64,000 nucleotides of DNA from Sedimentisphaerales bacterium (GCA_963663805.2 CAXXMR010000002.1:32001-96000); one strand, 5' to 3'. Counted from the first letter of the stretch, positions 1 through 10,196 are shown. Notes: generated from the sequence alone by a model not told the origin. Made by a program: numbers and translations.

Positions 1-300
1 TATGATAAATTGGAGCCGGGCCAGCGTTTGCGGGCTCGCATGATTCTGAATGCTTATCCGGGCCGGAAATTGTATTCGGAAGTTCTTTCGGTGAGTCGTC
101 GGGCTCATGTCCAGAATACAGGCCAGAATGAATTTCGTAATGTAATTGAGGTTCATGTAGCGGCACCGGCAGAGCTTGAGGAAGTGGTTGATGCTCGTGA
201 AGGTTTGGAGGGCAAGGTCGCGATCGAGTGCGGCGAGCACAATTTGTGGTACGCGGTGACGCATGAGTTCGCCGATTTCATGCGGGTGGTAATGTTTTGA
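1..300 (+). CDS. HlyD/MFP-family protein, C-terminal part (5' end outside window)
   Basis: Open frame from the window edge; C-terminal beta-barrel-like MFP pattern (LILNAYPGRKL...GLEGKVAIECG); upstream of a second MFP gene. Confidence 0.6.
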   Translation, partial: YDKLEPGQRLRARMILNAYPGRKLYSEVLSVSRRAHVQNTGQNEFRNVIEVHVAAPAELEEVVDAREGLEGKVAIECGEHNLWYAVTHEFADFMRVVMF

Positions 301-326
301 TTCACAAATTGGAAGGATCTGATTTT

Positions 327-1253
327 ATGAAGATGGTTCGAGAGTTATTAGGGGTGCTGGTTATTTGGGGCTTGCTTTTCTGGGCAGGCGTAGCTGGCGG
401 CCAGGTTAGCGGTTATGGCCTGGGTAGCCAGGATGATTATCCTTCGTTTCTGGAGGCTGAGCAAATCGCGGTGCTGAGTTCGGCGGTTGATGGCATTGTC
501 AGCGACGTGAATTATGTTCCGCAGGATTTTGTCAAGGCCGGCGCGGTTATCATCCAGCAGGATACGCAGGAAATGGAGCTGAAGATTGCCGGTACGGAGG
601 TTCGCCTGGCTGATGATACGACCGTTGGCAAGGCTGAAGTTCGTCTGGAATATTCCAGTGAGAATCTGGAAATCGTCAAGAAGCTCTATGAAACTCATGT
701 CGGCGAGATGCGGGTGGGGACCAAGAAGGAATTCCAGGAAGCTCGTCAGGCGAAGATGCTGGCGGAGCTGGATTTGCAGCAGGCAAAGCTGGAAAAGAAA
801 CTGTTGGAATATGATTTGGCGTTCAGCAAAAAGATTCTGGAAAAGCACAGCGTAGTCAGTCCCTTTGATGGGGTGATTGTGGAATTTTCGAGTGTTCGCA
901 CTTTGGAAGATCGGGGTTTGAAGAAAGTCGCGGTTGGCGAGATGCTGCGAGCCGGTCAGCTGGTGGCGGCGGTGATGAAGGTTGAACGTTTGCGGGTATC
1001 GACTGATTTGCCGGTCGAGATGCTGGACTCAATCAAGCTTGGACAGAAGGCCCAGGTTTATGTGCAGGGAAGCGAAGAGCCGGTTGACGCGATGGTGGTA
1101 TATAAGAGTCCGACGGCTAATTCCGCGACGATGCAGTTTCGGATAGAGGTTGAGTTGGCTAATATTCCGGTGGTCGGCGGGGATGTGGGCAAGGGGGCTT
1201 ATATTTATAAGTTTCGGCCCGGCCTGCGGGCTCGGATAGAGCTGACTCAATAG
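327..1253 (+). CDS. Efflux RND/HlyD periplasmic adaptor (membrane fusion protein)
   Basis: Signal peptide, split lipoyl halves (SSAVDGIV / SPFDGVI), coiled coil, FRPGLRARI end; ATG at 327 preferred over TTG at 297. Confidence 0.85.
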   Translation: MKMVRELLGVLVIWGLLFWAGVAGGQVSGYGLGSQDDYPSFLEAEQIAVLSSAVDGIVSDVNYVPQDFVKAGAVIIQQDTQEMELKIAGTEVRLADDTTVGKAEVRLEYSSENLEIVKKLYETHVGEMRVGTKKEFQEARQAKMLAELDLQQAKLEKKLLEYDLAFSKKILEKHSVVSPFDGVIVEFSSVRTLEDRGLKKVAVGEMLRAGQLVAAVMKVERLRVSTDLPVEMLDSIKLGQKAQVYVQGSEEPVDAMVVYKSPTANSATMQFRIEVELANIPVVGGDVGKGAYIYKFRPGLRARIELTQ

Positions 1254-1285
1254 TTTTTCTAATTGACCAGCAGTATAGGTGTACG

Positions 1286-3499
1286 GTGAGCGGTTATAAA
1301 GATAGTGAATTGCATCCCGAAGATCAGGCCTTGCCGCGTTTGCGCCCTGAGCTGAAGGTGAGTGAGCATATCTATGATGGTCAGCCTTTCTGGGTATTGA
1401 AAGACCCGATTGGGCTGCGTTATTACCGTTTCAATCGTGAAGAATATTTCATCGTCGACCAGTTGGGCAAAGGCACGACGCTACGTAAACTCAAAGAAAC
1501 GCACCGCAAGGAGTTCGGCAGTGATATTCTGCAGAACGCCGAGATTTCGACCTTTGTCACGGACCTGGCAACACGTAATCTTTTGGTGATGGGCCAGGAT
1601 AATCGCGATGAGCTTTTGTATGACTGGTCGGAAAAGCGGCGGAAGATGAAGCTCAAGGGGCAGATGACCAGCCTGATGTACATCAAGTTTCCTCTGATTG
1701 ACCCGGATAAGATTCTGGACCGGATGATGCCTTATATCAGTTTCATCTGGACGTGGAGTTTTTTACTGTTCTTCACGTGCTTTGTGGGATTGGGCATTTG
1801 GTTAGTATTGGACCGCTGGGGAGATTTCGCGGAGATGACGCGAACGGGCCTGCTGACGATTTATAATGTGCCGGTGATATTTGCGTCATTGTGGCTGATT
1901 AAATGTCTGCACGAGTTCGGCCACGGCCTGACATGTAAGAAATTTGGCGGCGAGGTCCATGAGATTGGCATAATGTTTCTGGTGTTCGCGCCGTTTCTGT
2001 ATTGTAATGTGACGGACTCGTGGAGTTTTCCCAGTAAGGCTCATCGTCTGCTGGTTACAGCTGGCGGAGTTCTGACGGAGATTCTGGTGGCTTGTGTCGC
2101 TTGTGTGGTGTGGTATTTCACCGAGCAGCCGAGCTTTATCCATACATTGGCGTTTAATCTGATTATTGTGGGTTCATTTTCGACGATAATGTTCAATATG
2201 AATCCGCTGCTGCGATTCGATGGTTATTATTTCATGATGGATTTGATTGAGGTGCCGAATCTGCGGCAGCGTTCATCGGAATATCTGGGCAGTTTGTTTG
2301 TTCGTCTGCTGGGCGGCAGGACCGAGAGTCTGCCGGAGGACCATAAGTATCGCATGGTGTTTCCGATGTATTCCACTTTGGCGTTTATATATCGCTGGTT
2401 TATTGTATTCAGTATCTTGGGAATTGTTTATCATATGCTTGAACAGGTACATCTGGTATGGCTCGGACGGATATTGCTGGTGGGGCTGGGCGGCATGATG
2501 CTGTTACTGCCGCTTTATAAGACCGCGAACAAGGTTATCCGTCGGCGGCGGGCTTACGCTTTTTCGACGGCTCGTCTGACGATATTCATGGCGTTGATAG
2601 TCGCTCTGATCGGCGTGATTTTGTTCATGCCGCTGGAGCAGGAAGTGACGCTGCCTTTCATCCTGGAGCCGGAGCAGATACAATATTTACGCAGCGAAGT
2701 GCCGGGCAATCTGACCTGGTGCAGCGGGGTGACCGAAGGCCTTTGGGTTAGCCCGGATGATGCTTCGGGCGGAGTGGTCGCCGGTCTTGATAATATCAAG
2801 CTGGCTTATGAGCGGACAGCCCTGGATGCCTCAATCGCTCAGACGGAGATAGACATCAAACGCTATCAGCAGCAGGGTTTGACGACGCTGGTGGAGCAGT
2901 ATCGCGAGCGGTTGGGTGCTGCGCGTCGGGAACGCACGCGTTTGGGTGAGCTTCAGGAGGCCTTAAAGCCGCGGGTGGAGTTTCGGGGGGAGATTCTTTC
3001 CGATACGCGGAGCCTGAAGAAGGGGCAGGGGCGTTTTGTCAATATTGGTGAGCCGCTGCTGCTGTTGGCCGATACGCGTAAGATGGCGGCCAAGGTCTGG
3101 GTGCCCGAGTCGATGCTGGGCCGAATCTTCCATCAGCCGAATCAATATGGCCAGGCCGCCGAGCTGATGCTTTACGCTTTCAGTAAAGATAAATTTACCG
3201 GCGAGGTCGTCTCGCTGGGCCAACATGCCGAAGATGACATGGGTGAGTTCGGCGAGAAGATGGCCCTGAGCAATAAGGTCGGCGGTGAGGTTCTCACCGA
3301 GCGTGACCAGGAGCTGGGGCGCGAGCGCCCGCAGGAAGCGGTCTATGAAGTGGTCATCAGACTCAACCAGGAATCCCTGCCGGATTCCGCCCGGGCCTAT
3401 ATGTCCGGCCGGGTACACATCGCTTGCGGCGAAAGCACGCTCTATAGCTGGTTCCGCGATTCCGTGCTGCGGTTTATCTCACCCGAGGTCAGACTATAG
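1286..3499 (+). CDS. Site-2 (M50) membrane metalloprotease fused to a HlyD-like C-terminal domain
   Basis: HEFGH zinc motif, NMNPLLRFDGY motif, multiple TM helices, MFP-like C-terminus. Confidence 0.85.
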   Translation: MSGYKDSELHPEDQALPRLRPELKVSEHIYDGQPFWVLKDPIGLRYYRFNREEYFIVDQLGKGTTLRKLKETHRKEFGSDILQNAEISTFVTDLATRNLLVMGQDNRDELLYDWSEKRRKMKLKGQMTSLMYIKFPLIDPDKILDRMMPYISFIWTWSFLLFFTCFVGLGIWLVLDRWGDFAEMTRTGLLTIYNVPVIFASLWLIKCLHEFGHGLTCKKFGGEVHEIGIMFLVFAPFLYCNVTDSWSFPSKAHRLLVTAGGVLTEILVACVACVVWYFTEQPSFIHTLAFNLIIVGSFSTIMFNMNPLLRFDGYYFMMDLIEVPNLRQRSSEYLGSLFVRLLGGRTESLPEDHKYRMVFPMYSTLAFIYRWFIVFSILGIVYHMLEQVHLVWLGRILLVGLGGMMLLLPLYKTANKVIRRRRAYAFSTARLTIFMALIVALIGVILFMPLEQEVTLPFILEPEQIQYLRSEVPGNLTWCSGVTEGLWVSPDDASGGVVAGLDNIKLAYERTALDASIAQTEIDIKRYQQQGLTTLVEQYRERLGAARRERTRLGELQEALKPRVEFRGEILSDTRSLKKGQGRFVNIGEPLLLLADTRKMAAKVWVPESMLGRIFHQPNQYGQAAELMLYAFSKDKFTGEVVSLGQHAEDDMGEFGEKMALSNKVGGEVLTERDQELGRERPQEAVYEVVIRLNQESLPDSARAYMSGRVHIACGESTLYSWFRDSVLRFISPEVRL

Positions 3500-3660
3500 T
3501 CTTACCCGGTCCGTAATCATCCGTTGCGGGTCTAACGGGCGAGTTTGCCGGTTAACAATGAGGCGGGGGAGACTGTCCGCGGGGTGTTCATTGTTTGATT
3601 CCCTCTTTCGTAGATTTACATCAGAGCAAAGTAAATTTACTTGAGAGCAAATCAAACCGG

Positions 3661-3850
3661 AATCACTCTGTTTCAGCGTGAATCGGCGTATTTCAGGCTG
3701 CATCAGGCCGTTTCAGCCTGAATCAGAGCGTTTCACGCTGAATCACGACGTTTCAGCGTGCATCAGAGCATTTCAGCCTGAATCAGGCCGTTTCACGCTG
3801 AATCACGCCATTTCAGCCTGAATCACGATGATTCACGCTGAATCAGAGCG
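3661..3850. repeat. Tandem repeat with 20-bp period (10-bp sub-period), about 9.5 copies, core TTCA-N3-TGAA
   Basis: Directly visible: aatcactctg tttcagcgtg / aatcggcgta tttcaggctg / catcaggccg tttcagcctg / aatcagagcg tttcacgctg ... Confidence 0.95.
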
Positions 3851-4058
3851 ATGCCGCTTAACTCTTATCCTGCGAAAACTTGATATCAGTATTAGTAAAG
3901 CCGATTCGGCCAAAATCAGGTCTGAATAATGTTTTTTGACACTGGAAGGCAGAAGTAAACGGCTCGGTGCTGCCTTTGGCAGATTTATTTATAGACTGGT
4001 CTCCATCACCTCACGGTTTTGGTTTTCGAATGTGAGAAACTGCGGCTCAGGCTTTCGG

Positions 4059-4284
4059 CTCGCCGGTTTCCCCCCGGGCCGATGCCCGTTCGACAGGCCC
4101 GGCGGATGACAACACTGCTGATGTACGAAAGATGATAAGTAAAAATATCAGCCGAACGGCTTTAATAAGGTTTCCACTGGACAGAGGCCAAACCCTCACT
4201 CTTGCCTTATGCCTTTCTCAAACAGGATCGAAAAAAACGCAAAAGGATGCCCCGCCCAGCGTCAGCCGGGGGGAAACCGGCGAG
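4059..4284. repeat. Perfect 19-bp inverted repeat pair (4059-4077 / 4266-4284)
   Basis: ctcgccggtttccccccgg ... ccggggggaaaccggcgag. Confidence 0.9.
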
Positions 4285-4433
4285 ACATCGCTCCGAGCTG
4301 GATTAACTGTTCAACAAAAAACAACAAACCCGAGGTGGTGGGGCTCAGTCGGTTTGTATTATTCAATGTTACAGAGTACCGGAAACCGTTCCTATGCGTG
4401 ACAGAATGGACAGGATTTATGAGATACTAGGGG

Positions 4434-4471
4434 GACAGCGGAAGCCGACACTGGGTCCGACCTCCGCTGTC
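4434..4471 (-). terminator. Hairpin just downstream of the 1053-aa gene, possible terminator
   Basis: gacagcgga...tccgctgtc inverted repeat about 12 bp after the stop codon; no good U-tract. Confidence 0.4.
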
Positions 4472-4482
4472 AAACATTACTG

Positions 4483-7400
4483 TCAATCTTTGGATTCTGA
4501 CAGGAACGCTTGGGATAGTTCTGTCTTCCATTCTGTCAGGAGTTCATCGAGCCAGTCGTAGAGCATTTGCAGGGATTTCTTATACTGTTCTTCGGTGATA
4601 TCCTTCTGGAAGTCGGGGTTGGTTAGCCAGTCGTTTTCTATAATATCGATTATGTCCTCGACCATGATAAGGGTTTCGTAGGCTGTGTATTCCCGTTCTG
4701 GTTGCTCCTTCTGCCATTTGGCCTGGCGGTTGGATTCGATTTGGGCATCTGTCAGGATGGTTGCTTCGGGGACTGTCATGGTTCGCATCATGGCGACGGC
4801 GGCGGAGTCGGAATCGTACCAGCAGGCTTGCCAGAGCCAATAGCCGAAATCTTCATCGTTGGTTGAATCTACGAAAATCATTAAGTCATCGAGGTCGATG
4901 TACTGGTCATTGTCGAGGTCGCAGCGGGTGTCGTAGTTTTCGTTGGGGTCGTTATTAGTGGCGGGATCGTAATTATGCCACGCCTTCTCGAACAGGGCAA
5001 ACTCCTTGAGGTTTACCACGCCATCGGCGTTATAATCTAATGTACAGCTTATGCCGGAAGTACAACCGTAATATTCATCGGCTCCCATATCTACATAAGT
5101 ACCGTTAATACGGTCTTCATTGTCGATGTCGGTTTCGCCGGTTATTACGTTCGTGTTGTCACCTTCATCAATACAAGGGGAATCGGCGGAAAGATGGAAG
5201 TTGCCGAGAGTTTCATCAGTATAGGCGAAACAGGGGTCGCAGAAGATATTGGTGGGGTTATTGGGGTCAGTGTCGCCGCAAGTCAGAGTTGGGTGATTAT
5301 AGCAGCTATAGATGGGAATACAGCCGCCGTCGTATTGAATGCCTGCTGAGTTGTTGTCCCACAGAATATTATTGGTGGCGTCAAGGTTTGTGGTAGAGCC
5401 GTTAATGGCTTTGCCGGTGTTGTAAACAATAGTGCAGTTGCGGACTTCGGAGCCGGTGGAACAGGCAGTCAGACTTAAACCTGTGCCGCCGTTCAGGTGT
5501 ATCCAGCAATTTGTGACCGAGAGGATATCCGCATAACCGCTTATGCCGCTGCCGTTATTATCGCAAATGATGGTGTGGTCGATAGCCAAATCACTATTGG
5601 TGCTAAAGCTTATGCCGTGGCCGGTATTATCGGTTATGCGACAATTGCTGACAGTCAGTTCGGTACTGGTGCCGCAAGTGACGGCGTTACCGTAAGCGCT
5701 GGTCAGGATGAAGCCGTCGATAACTACGCCGGTGGTCGAATTGTTGAGATTGATAATGGTTGAACAAGTGCTGTTGCCGCTCAGGTATGTTTTATTGCGG
5801 GCGGGCTTGTGTTCGGAGAGGGTGGTTTCGGTGCCTGTGAAACCGCCATAGATTTCCACGCCGGCGGGGATAGTGAATTTATCGGTTGATAGTGTCCCCG
5901 GTATATAAGTACCGGCGGCAACCCAGATTTCATCGCCGCAATTGTTATTGGTACGAGTGACAGCTTCCTGTAAGGTATTGTAGGCGTTGGCCCAACTGGT
6001 GCCATTGTTATAGCCGGTGGCATGAGAGGAAACATAAATTACATCACCGCCGAAACAGCATACATCGAAAGAGGTTTCATCCTGAATGTAGTAATAGTCA
6101 GAGAGTATATCCACGGTGCTGTATAAAGTTTCCAGAGGAGTGACGGCGTTACTAACAGTGGCGGTTATGGAATAACTGGCGGGGGTGCCGGGGCTAACGG
6201 TCACGTTTTCCCAAATGTAGCAGTATTCGGTTTCATCCAGATAGCCGGTGGCGAGACTAGCGGAACCAAAGATAAGACTGTCGGGTATATATAGAATAAC
6301 GTCAGCGTTGATGGCGGTGGTGCCGTTAGGGTCAAGCGTAGCGGTTAGAGTTATGGAATCGTCAGGCGAAACGCAATCACCCTGATGGGTGGCGGTAAGC
6401 GAGAGAGTGAAATCATACCCAGCGTTGGCGCAAGTCATTTTGGCGGGAGCAGTCAATACACCTCCAGAGGTGCCGATACCAAGTTTGCCAAGGGAGTTAC
6501 TTCCCCAGCCGAAGATTTCGCCGGTATCCTCTATCGCCAGTTGATGAGTGTAACCATCGTCGATAGCGGTGATGTGTTCGAGATAGCCGGAGTAGCTTGA
6601 CTGTTCGCCAGCAGGAACAATTGTCGGGGCGGTTGGCGTAGCAGTGCCGGTCCATTGCCAGACGAAACCATTCTCATCGAGAGCGAGATTATGGCTTGAT
6701 CCGGCACCAATAGCGACAATGTTTTCAAGATAGGTTGTCCCCATTTCGCCGCCGGACACCTTGGCGGGATAACCAGTGGTCCACTGCCAGACATTACCGT
6801 TTTCGTCAAGAGCCAACGAATGAGAACAAGAGGCGATTTCGATGATGCCTTCAAGATATTCAACACCGTTTTCGCCGGGAACTTTAATGGCGTAAAGACT
6901 GCTGTTGTTGACGCCCCATTCCCAAACGTTATCGTTAGCATCACGAGCGATGGAATGACCAACCCCGGCGTCAACTTCAACAATGTCGAAACCAGTGTCG
7001 TGGCCGAGGTAGGTTGTCGCGGAGGTTTTTACTTTGACGGGCGTTTCAACGTCAGCACCAGAAGTATCGTTGCCACATTGACCGTGAGCGTTATATCCCC
7101 AGCCGTAAGTATATTCGCCTTCGGAAGCGAGAGAGTGCAAACCGCTACGACCTGCGGAAACGCAGGTTATATCTTCAAGAATTGCGTTTGGGTCGGTGCT
7201 TTGTTCACCGGCATGGACAGCGACAGGAACAAGCATATTGCCGGTAGTATCACCATTGCCGATTTGCCCCTGATCATCCCCGCCCCAGGCCCAGACATTG
7301 CCGTTAATATCATCTACTGCTAAAGAATGTCGCCATCCGGCATCGACAGCAACGATATCTTCAAGAAAACTTGAGGTTGTATTCATCTCACCACAAAAAC

Positions 7401-7623
7401 TTTGGATCAGATTGTACTCGCTATACGTATCATTATTACCAAGTTGGCCGTAACTATTTCCTCCGCAAGCCCAAACAGTATTATTCTCCATTAACACAAG
7501 TGTATGGTATTCGCCCCCGGAGATCGCTGTAGCCCTGATACAAGTCTCGTCAGCATTTACAATTGCAGTGAAAGTAGCAATAACCACCAAAATAACAACT
7601 AAAGCCTTTTTTGCGCGCAACAT
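4483..7623 (-). CDS. Secreted multidomain protein: RCC1/BLIP-II-like repeats, DUF11-like domain, parallel beta-helix, choice-of-anchor-Q-like and dockerin/EF-hand-like tail
   Basis: Signal peptide; repeated GxxHSLA / VWxWGxNxxGQLG motifs; GTSWANAY..LQEA..EIWVAAGTY; HLSADSPCIDEG..VDMGADEY; DYNADGVVNLKEF; AGGAG RBS before ATG 7623. Confidence 0.85.
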   Translation of the reverse strand: MLRAKKALVVILVVIATFTAIVNADETCIRATAISGGEYHTLVLMENNTVWACGGNSYGQLGNNDTYSEYNLIQSFCGEMNTTSSFLEDIVAVDAGWRHSLAVDDINGNVWAWGGDDQGQIGNGDTTGNMLVPVAVHAGEQSTDPNAILEDITCVSAGRSGLHSLASEGEYTYGWGYNAHGQCGNDTSGADVETPVKVKTSATTYLGHDTGFDIVEVDAGVGHSIARDANDNVWEWGVNNSSLYAIKVPGENGVEYLEGIIEIASCSHSLALDENGNVWQWTTGYPAKVSGGEMGTTYLENIVAIGAGSSHNLALDENGFVWQWTGTATPTAPTIVPAGEQSSYSGYLEHITAIDDGYTHQLAIEDTGEIFGWGSNSLGKLGIGTSGGVLTAPAKMTCANAGYDFTLSLTATHQGDCVSPDDSITLTATLDPNGTTAINADVILYIPDSLIFGSASLATGYLDETEYCYIWENVTVSPGTPASYSITATVSNAVTPLETLYSTVDILSDYYYIQDETSFDVCCFGGDVIYVSSHATGYNNGTSWANAYNTLQEAVTRTNNNCGDEIWVAAGTYIPGTLSTDKFTIPAGVEIYGGFTGTETTLSEHKPARNKTYLSGNSTCSTIINLNNSTTGVVIDGFILTSAYGNAVTCGTSTELTVSNCRITDNTGHGISFSTNSDLAIDHTIICDNNGSGISGYADILSVTNCWIHLNGGTGLSLTACSTGSEVRNCTIVYNTGKAINGSTTNLDATNNILWDNNSAGIQYDGGCIPIYSCYNHPTLTCGDTDPNNPTNIFCDPCFAYTDETLGNFHLSADSPCIDEGDNTNVITGETDIDNEDRINGTYVDMGADEYYGCTSGISCTLDYNADGVVNLKEFALFEKAWHNYDPATNNDPNENYDTRCDLDNDQYIDLDDLMIFVDSTNDEDFGYWLWQACWYDSDSAAVAMMRTMTVPEATILTDAQIESNRQAKWQKEQPEREYTAYETLIMVEDIIDIIENDWLTNPDFQKDITEEQYKKSLQMLYDWLDELLTEWKTELSQAFLSESKD

Positions 7624-7662
7624 CTCTGTTTTCTCCTTTCGCAAGGTTAGAATAGTAAAAAA

Positions 7663-8304
7663 CTATGAAAAATGACGTCTACTGAGTGTCAGAATACCGC
7701 CTAATATCAGCAAGCTCATAGACATTGGTTCAGGCACTAAAGTTGCTGAGGTTACCTCTATATCAATGTAAAAGCTATTGTCGTAATCACCAATTTTTTC
7801 GCTGGTAATTTGAAACTGATTACGATCTGGCCAAGATAAAAGATTTGGAGCATCGGTAGGTAACTCCATATTTGATATTGCCGAGCCGCTATTATTCCCT
7901 AGCTGCCAAGTTATAGATTCAATACCCATTTCATTGTCTAAAGGTAGCACATTCAAAGCAGATAGTGAGTAAGAATCACGACCGTTACCAAGATAATCAT
8001 TTGTGATTGAAAAACTTAGCCACGGGTCGGTCTGAAATACAATACCGTTAATATTCAACATCATTTTGCAAAGAGAATTGGTGCAAACATAAGTTGTGGT
8101 ATAAGTTCCTGCGGAATATGGTTCTGTTTCTGAATCATAAGTGTAGCTTCCCGTCATAGTGCTACCAACAGCAATTTCACCGTTCAGAAGATTTGCTGAA
8201 TCATCAACCGAAGTTACAGTCCCAGAAATAGCGATTGTTATCATTTCAGCGGACGCAAAGCTGGATAACAAAAGCAAGTAAGCAAGCGTTAAATTACTTT
8301 TCAT
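7663..8304 (-). CDS. PEP-CTERM sorting-domain protein (array unit 3)
   Basis: Signal peptide; C-terminal VPEP + TM helix + RR; GGAGG RBS; paralog of 10242-10871 and 12158-12787. Confidence 0.9.
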   Translation of the reverse strand: MKSNLTLAYLLLLSSFASAEMITIAISGTVTSVDDSANLLNGEIAVGSTMTGSYTYDSETEPYSAGTYTTTYVCTNSLCKMMLNINGIVFQTDPWLSFSITNDYLGNGRDSYSLSALNVLPLDNEMGIESITWQLGNNSGSAISNMELPTDAPNLLSWPDRNQFQITSEKIGDYDNSFYIDIEVTSATLVPEPMSMSLLILGGILTLSRRHFS

Positions 8305-8416
8305 ACTAAATCCTCCATAAAAAGTGATTGTTATATCCCTATTTTTATTATACGCGATGTCCAGTCTGATCGACGACCCTATTTTTCAAAAAAAAGAGGG
8401 GCCGCTACGATTATGC

Positions 8417-8538
8417 TCGTCCTAGGCTCGCGAAAGCCCCAACAAGGACATAAAAGCAACGGCGCCCTTGTATCAAATACAAAGGGCACCGAGCCTTCCA
8501 TGTCGCCTTGTTGTCACAAATTTCGCGATTTAGGACGA
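8417..8538 (-). ncRNA. Candidate structured RNA element, copy B3
   Basis: Nested stems tcgtccta/taggacga, tcgcgaaa/tttcgcga, caacaagg/ccttgttg, cggtgccc/gggcgccg; covaries with five other copies. Confidence 0.7.
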
Positions 8539-8650
8539 AGCGAATGAAATCTCGATGATCTCAGTTATTCAATTGTTACATAGCACACATTCTGCCTAAA
8601 TTAACGCTCCTAAAAACAAAAACCACTTCCCTGATCTTACGACTTCCTGT

Positions 8651-8679
8651 AGTTTATCAGATGTTTGTTCTCATTGCAA
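8651..8679 (-). promoter_or_regulatory. Sigma70-type promoter between elements A3 and B3
   Basis: TTGCAA-17bp-TAAACT; same spacing and TAnnnT conserved in all three units. Confidence 0.6.
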
Positions 8680-8779
8680 GAGAAAAAACTTTTATTTCTG
8701 CCACAGCAGCCCCGACCAACTGCTGTGACAATAAAGACTTAGCGTTCTTTGCGCGCAAAGGGAACGCCGTCGCAGTTAT

Positions 8780-8904
8780 GCCTGCTTTAGGCCCGCAAAA
8801 GCCCGACGAGGTCATAAAAGCAAACGGCGTCCTTGTATCTACAAACCAAGGACACCGAGCCTTTCAAGCCACCTCGTCAGATAAATTTGCGGTTTAAAGC
8901 AGGC
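8780..8904 (-). ncRNA. Candidate structured RNA element, copy A3
   Basis: Stems cctgcttta/taaagcagg, ccgcaaa/tttgcgg, gacgaggt/acctcgtc, cggtgtccttg/caaggacgccg. Confidence 0.7.
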
Positions 8905-9044
8905 GGAATGAAATCTCAGTGTTTGATGATTTCTAATATTCAGATGTGTTCAGCTCGTTTAGGTCAAATAAATCTCCTGAAAGAAAAATCGTATACTAGC
9001 AATCTACATCAAGAAATCGGAAAAGCAAATTAAAAATGAAAAAA

Positions 9045-10196
9045 TTATGTTAATGCCGAATTGCTGTTACTTCCCCAGGCGTAGATTGCTCCGGAACGTT
9101 CGATAGTTAGCTTATGGGTAAAACCATCGTCCAGAGCGACGATGGTTTCGAGATAATCCGAATTGCTGGGCTGATCGCCGGCGGGGACGATTGTTGGCGA
9201 AGGCGTGCCCGTCAATCCCGCCCATTGCCAGACGAAACCTTCAGCATCGAGAGCGAGACTATGGCTTGAACCTGCGCCAATGGCGACGATGTTTTCAAGA
9301 TAGGTCGTCCCCATTTCGCCGCCGGGAACTCTGGCAGGGTATCCGGTCGTCCACTGCCAGACATTACCGTTTTCGTCAAGAGCCAACGAATGAGAACAAG
9401 AGGCGATTTCGACGATGCCTTCAAGATAACCAACACCGTTTTCGCCGGGAACTTTAATGGCGTAAGTACTTTCATTATTCACGCCCCATTCCCAAACGTT
9501 ATCGTTAGCATCACGAGCGATGGAATGACCAACCCCGGCGTCAACTTCAACGATGTCGAAACCAGTGTCGTGGCCGAGGTAGGTTGTCGCGGAGGTTTTT
9601 ACTTTGACGGGCGTTTCAACGTCAGCACCAGAAGTATCGTTGCCACATTGACCGTGAGCGTTATATCCCCAGCCGTAAGTATATTCGCCTTCGGAAGCGA
9701 GCGAGTGCAAACCGCTACGACCTGCGGAAACGCAGGTTATGTCTTCAAGGATAGCGTTCGGGTCGGCGCTTTGTTCACCGGCGAAAACGGCGATAGGAGA
9801 TAGGATGTCATCTGTATCATCACCATTACCAATCTGTCCGTTTGTATCACCACCCCAGGCCCAGACATTGCCGTTAACGTCATCAACTGCGAGCGAATGA
9901 TACCAACCGGCATCGAGGGCGATAATATCTTCGAGAAAACCTGAGACGGTGTTCATCTCGCCATCGTGAGTCTGTACTAAATATAATGATTTTGTTATGG
10001 TATCATCATTAATACCCAGTTGCCCAGAACCATTACTGCCACATGCCCAAACAGTATTATTTTCCATTATGACTAATGTGTGATATTCTCCGCCAGAAAT
10101 TGCTATAGCTCTAAGACATGTTTCATTTGCAATCACGTTTGAATTTGTTAAAAAACTTAATATAAATACAAGCCCTAATCTTTTTGCGCGCACCAT
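9045..10196 (-). CDS. RCC1/BLIP-II-like repeat secreted protein, C-terminally truncated paralog of 4483-7623 (unit 2)
   Basis: Near-identical central block to the 1053-aa protein; ends WGSNSNSALT where the long copy continues WGSNSLGKLG. Confidence 0.8.
   Translation of the reverse strand: MVRAKRLGLVFILSFLTNSNVIANETCLRAIAISGGEYHTLVIMENNTVWACGSNGSGQLGINDDTITKSLYLVQTHDGEMNTVSGFLEDIIALDAGWYHSLAVDDVNGNVWAWGGDTNGQIGNGDDTDDILSPIAVFAGEQSADPNAILEDITCVSAGRSGLHSLASEGEYTYGWGYNAHGQCGNDTSGADVETPVKVKTSATTYLGHDTGFDIVEVDAGVGHSIARDANDNVWEWGVNNESTYAIKVPGENGVGYLEGIVEIASCSHSLALDENGNVWQWTTGYPARVPGGEMGTTYLENIVAIGAGSSHSLALDAEGFVWQWAGLTGTPSPTIVPAGDQPSNSDYLETIVALDDGFTHKLTIERSGAIYAWGSNSNSALT

Noticed and set aside
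3661..3850. CRISPR array
   Set aside because: No unique spacers, 20-bp contiguous period, no cas genes
4059..4284. Retron msr-msd or diversity-generating retroelement
   Set aside because: No reverse transcriptase in the window; RCC1 paralog differences are not obviously adenine-specific
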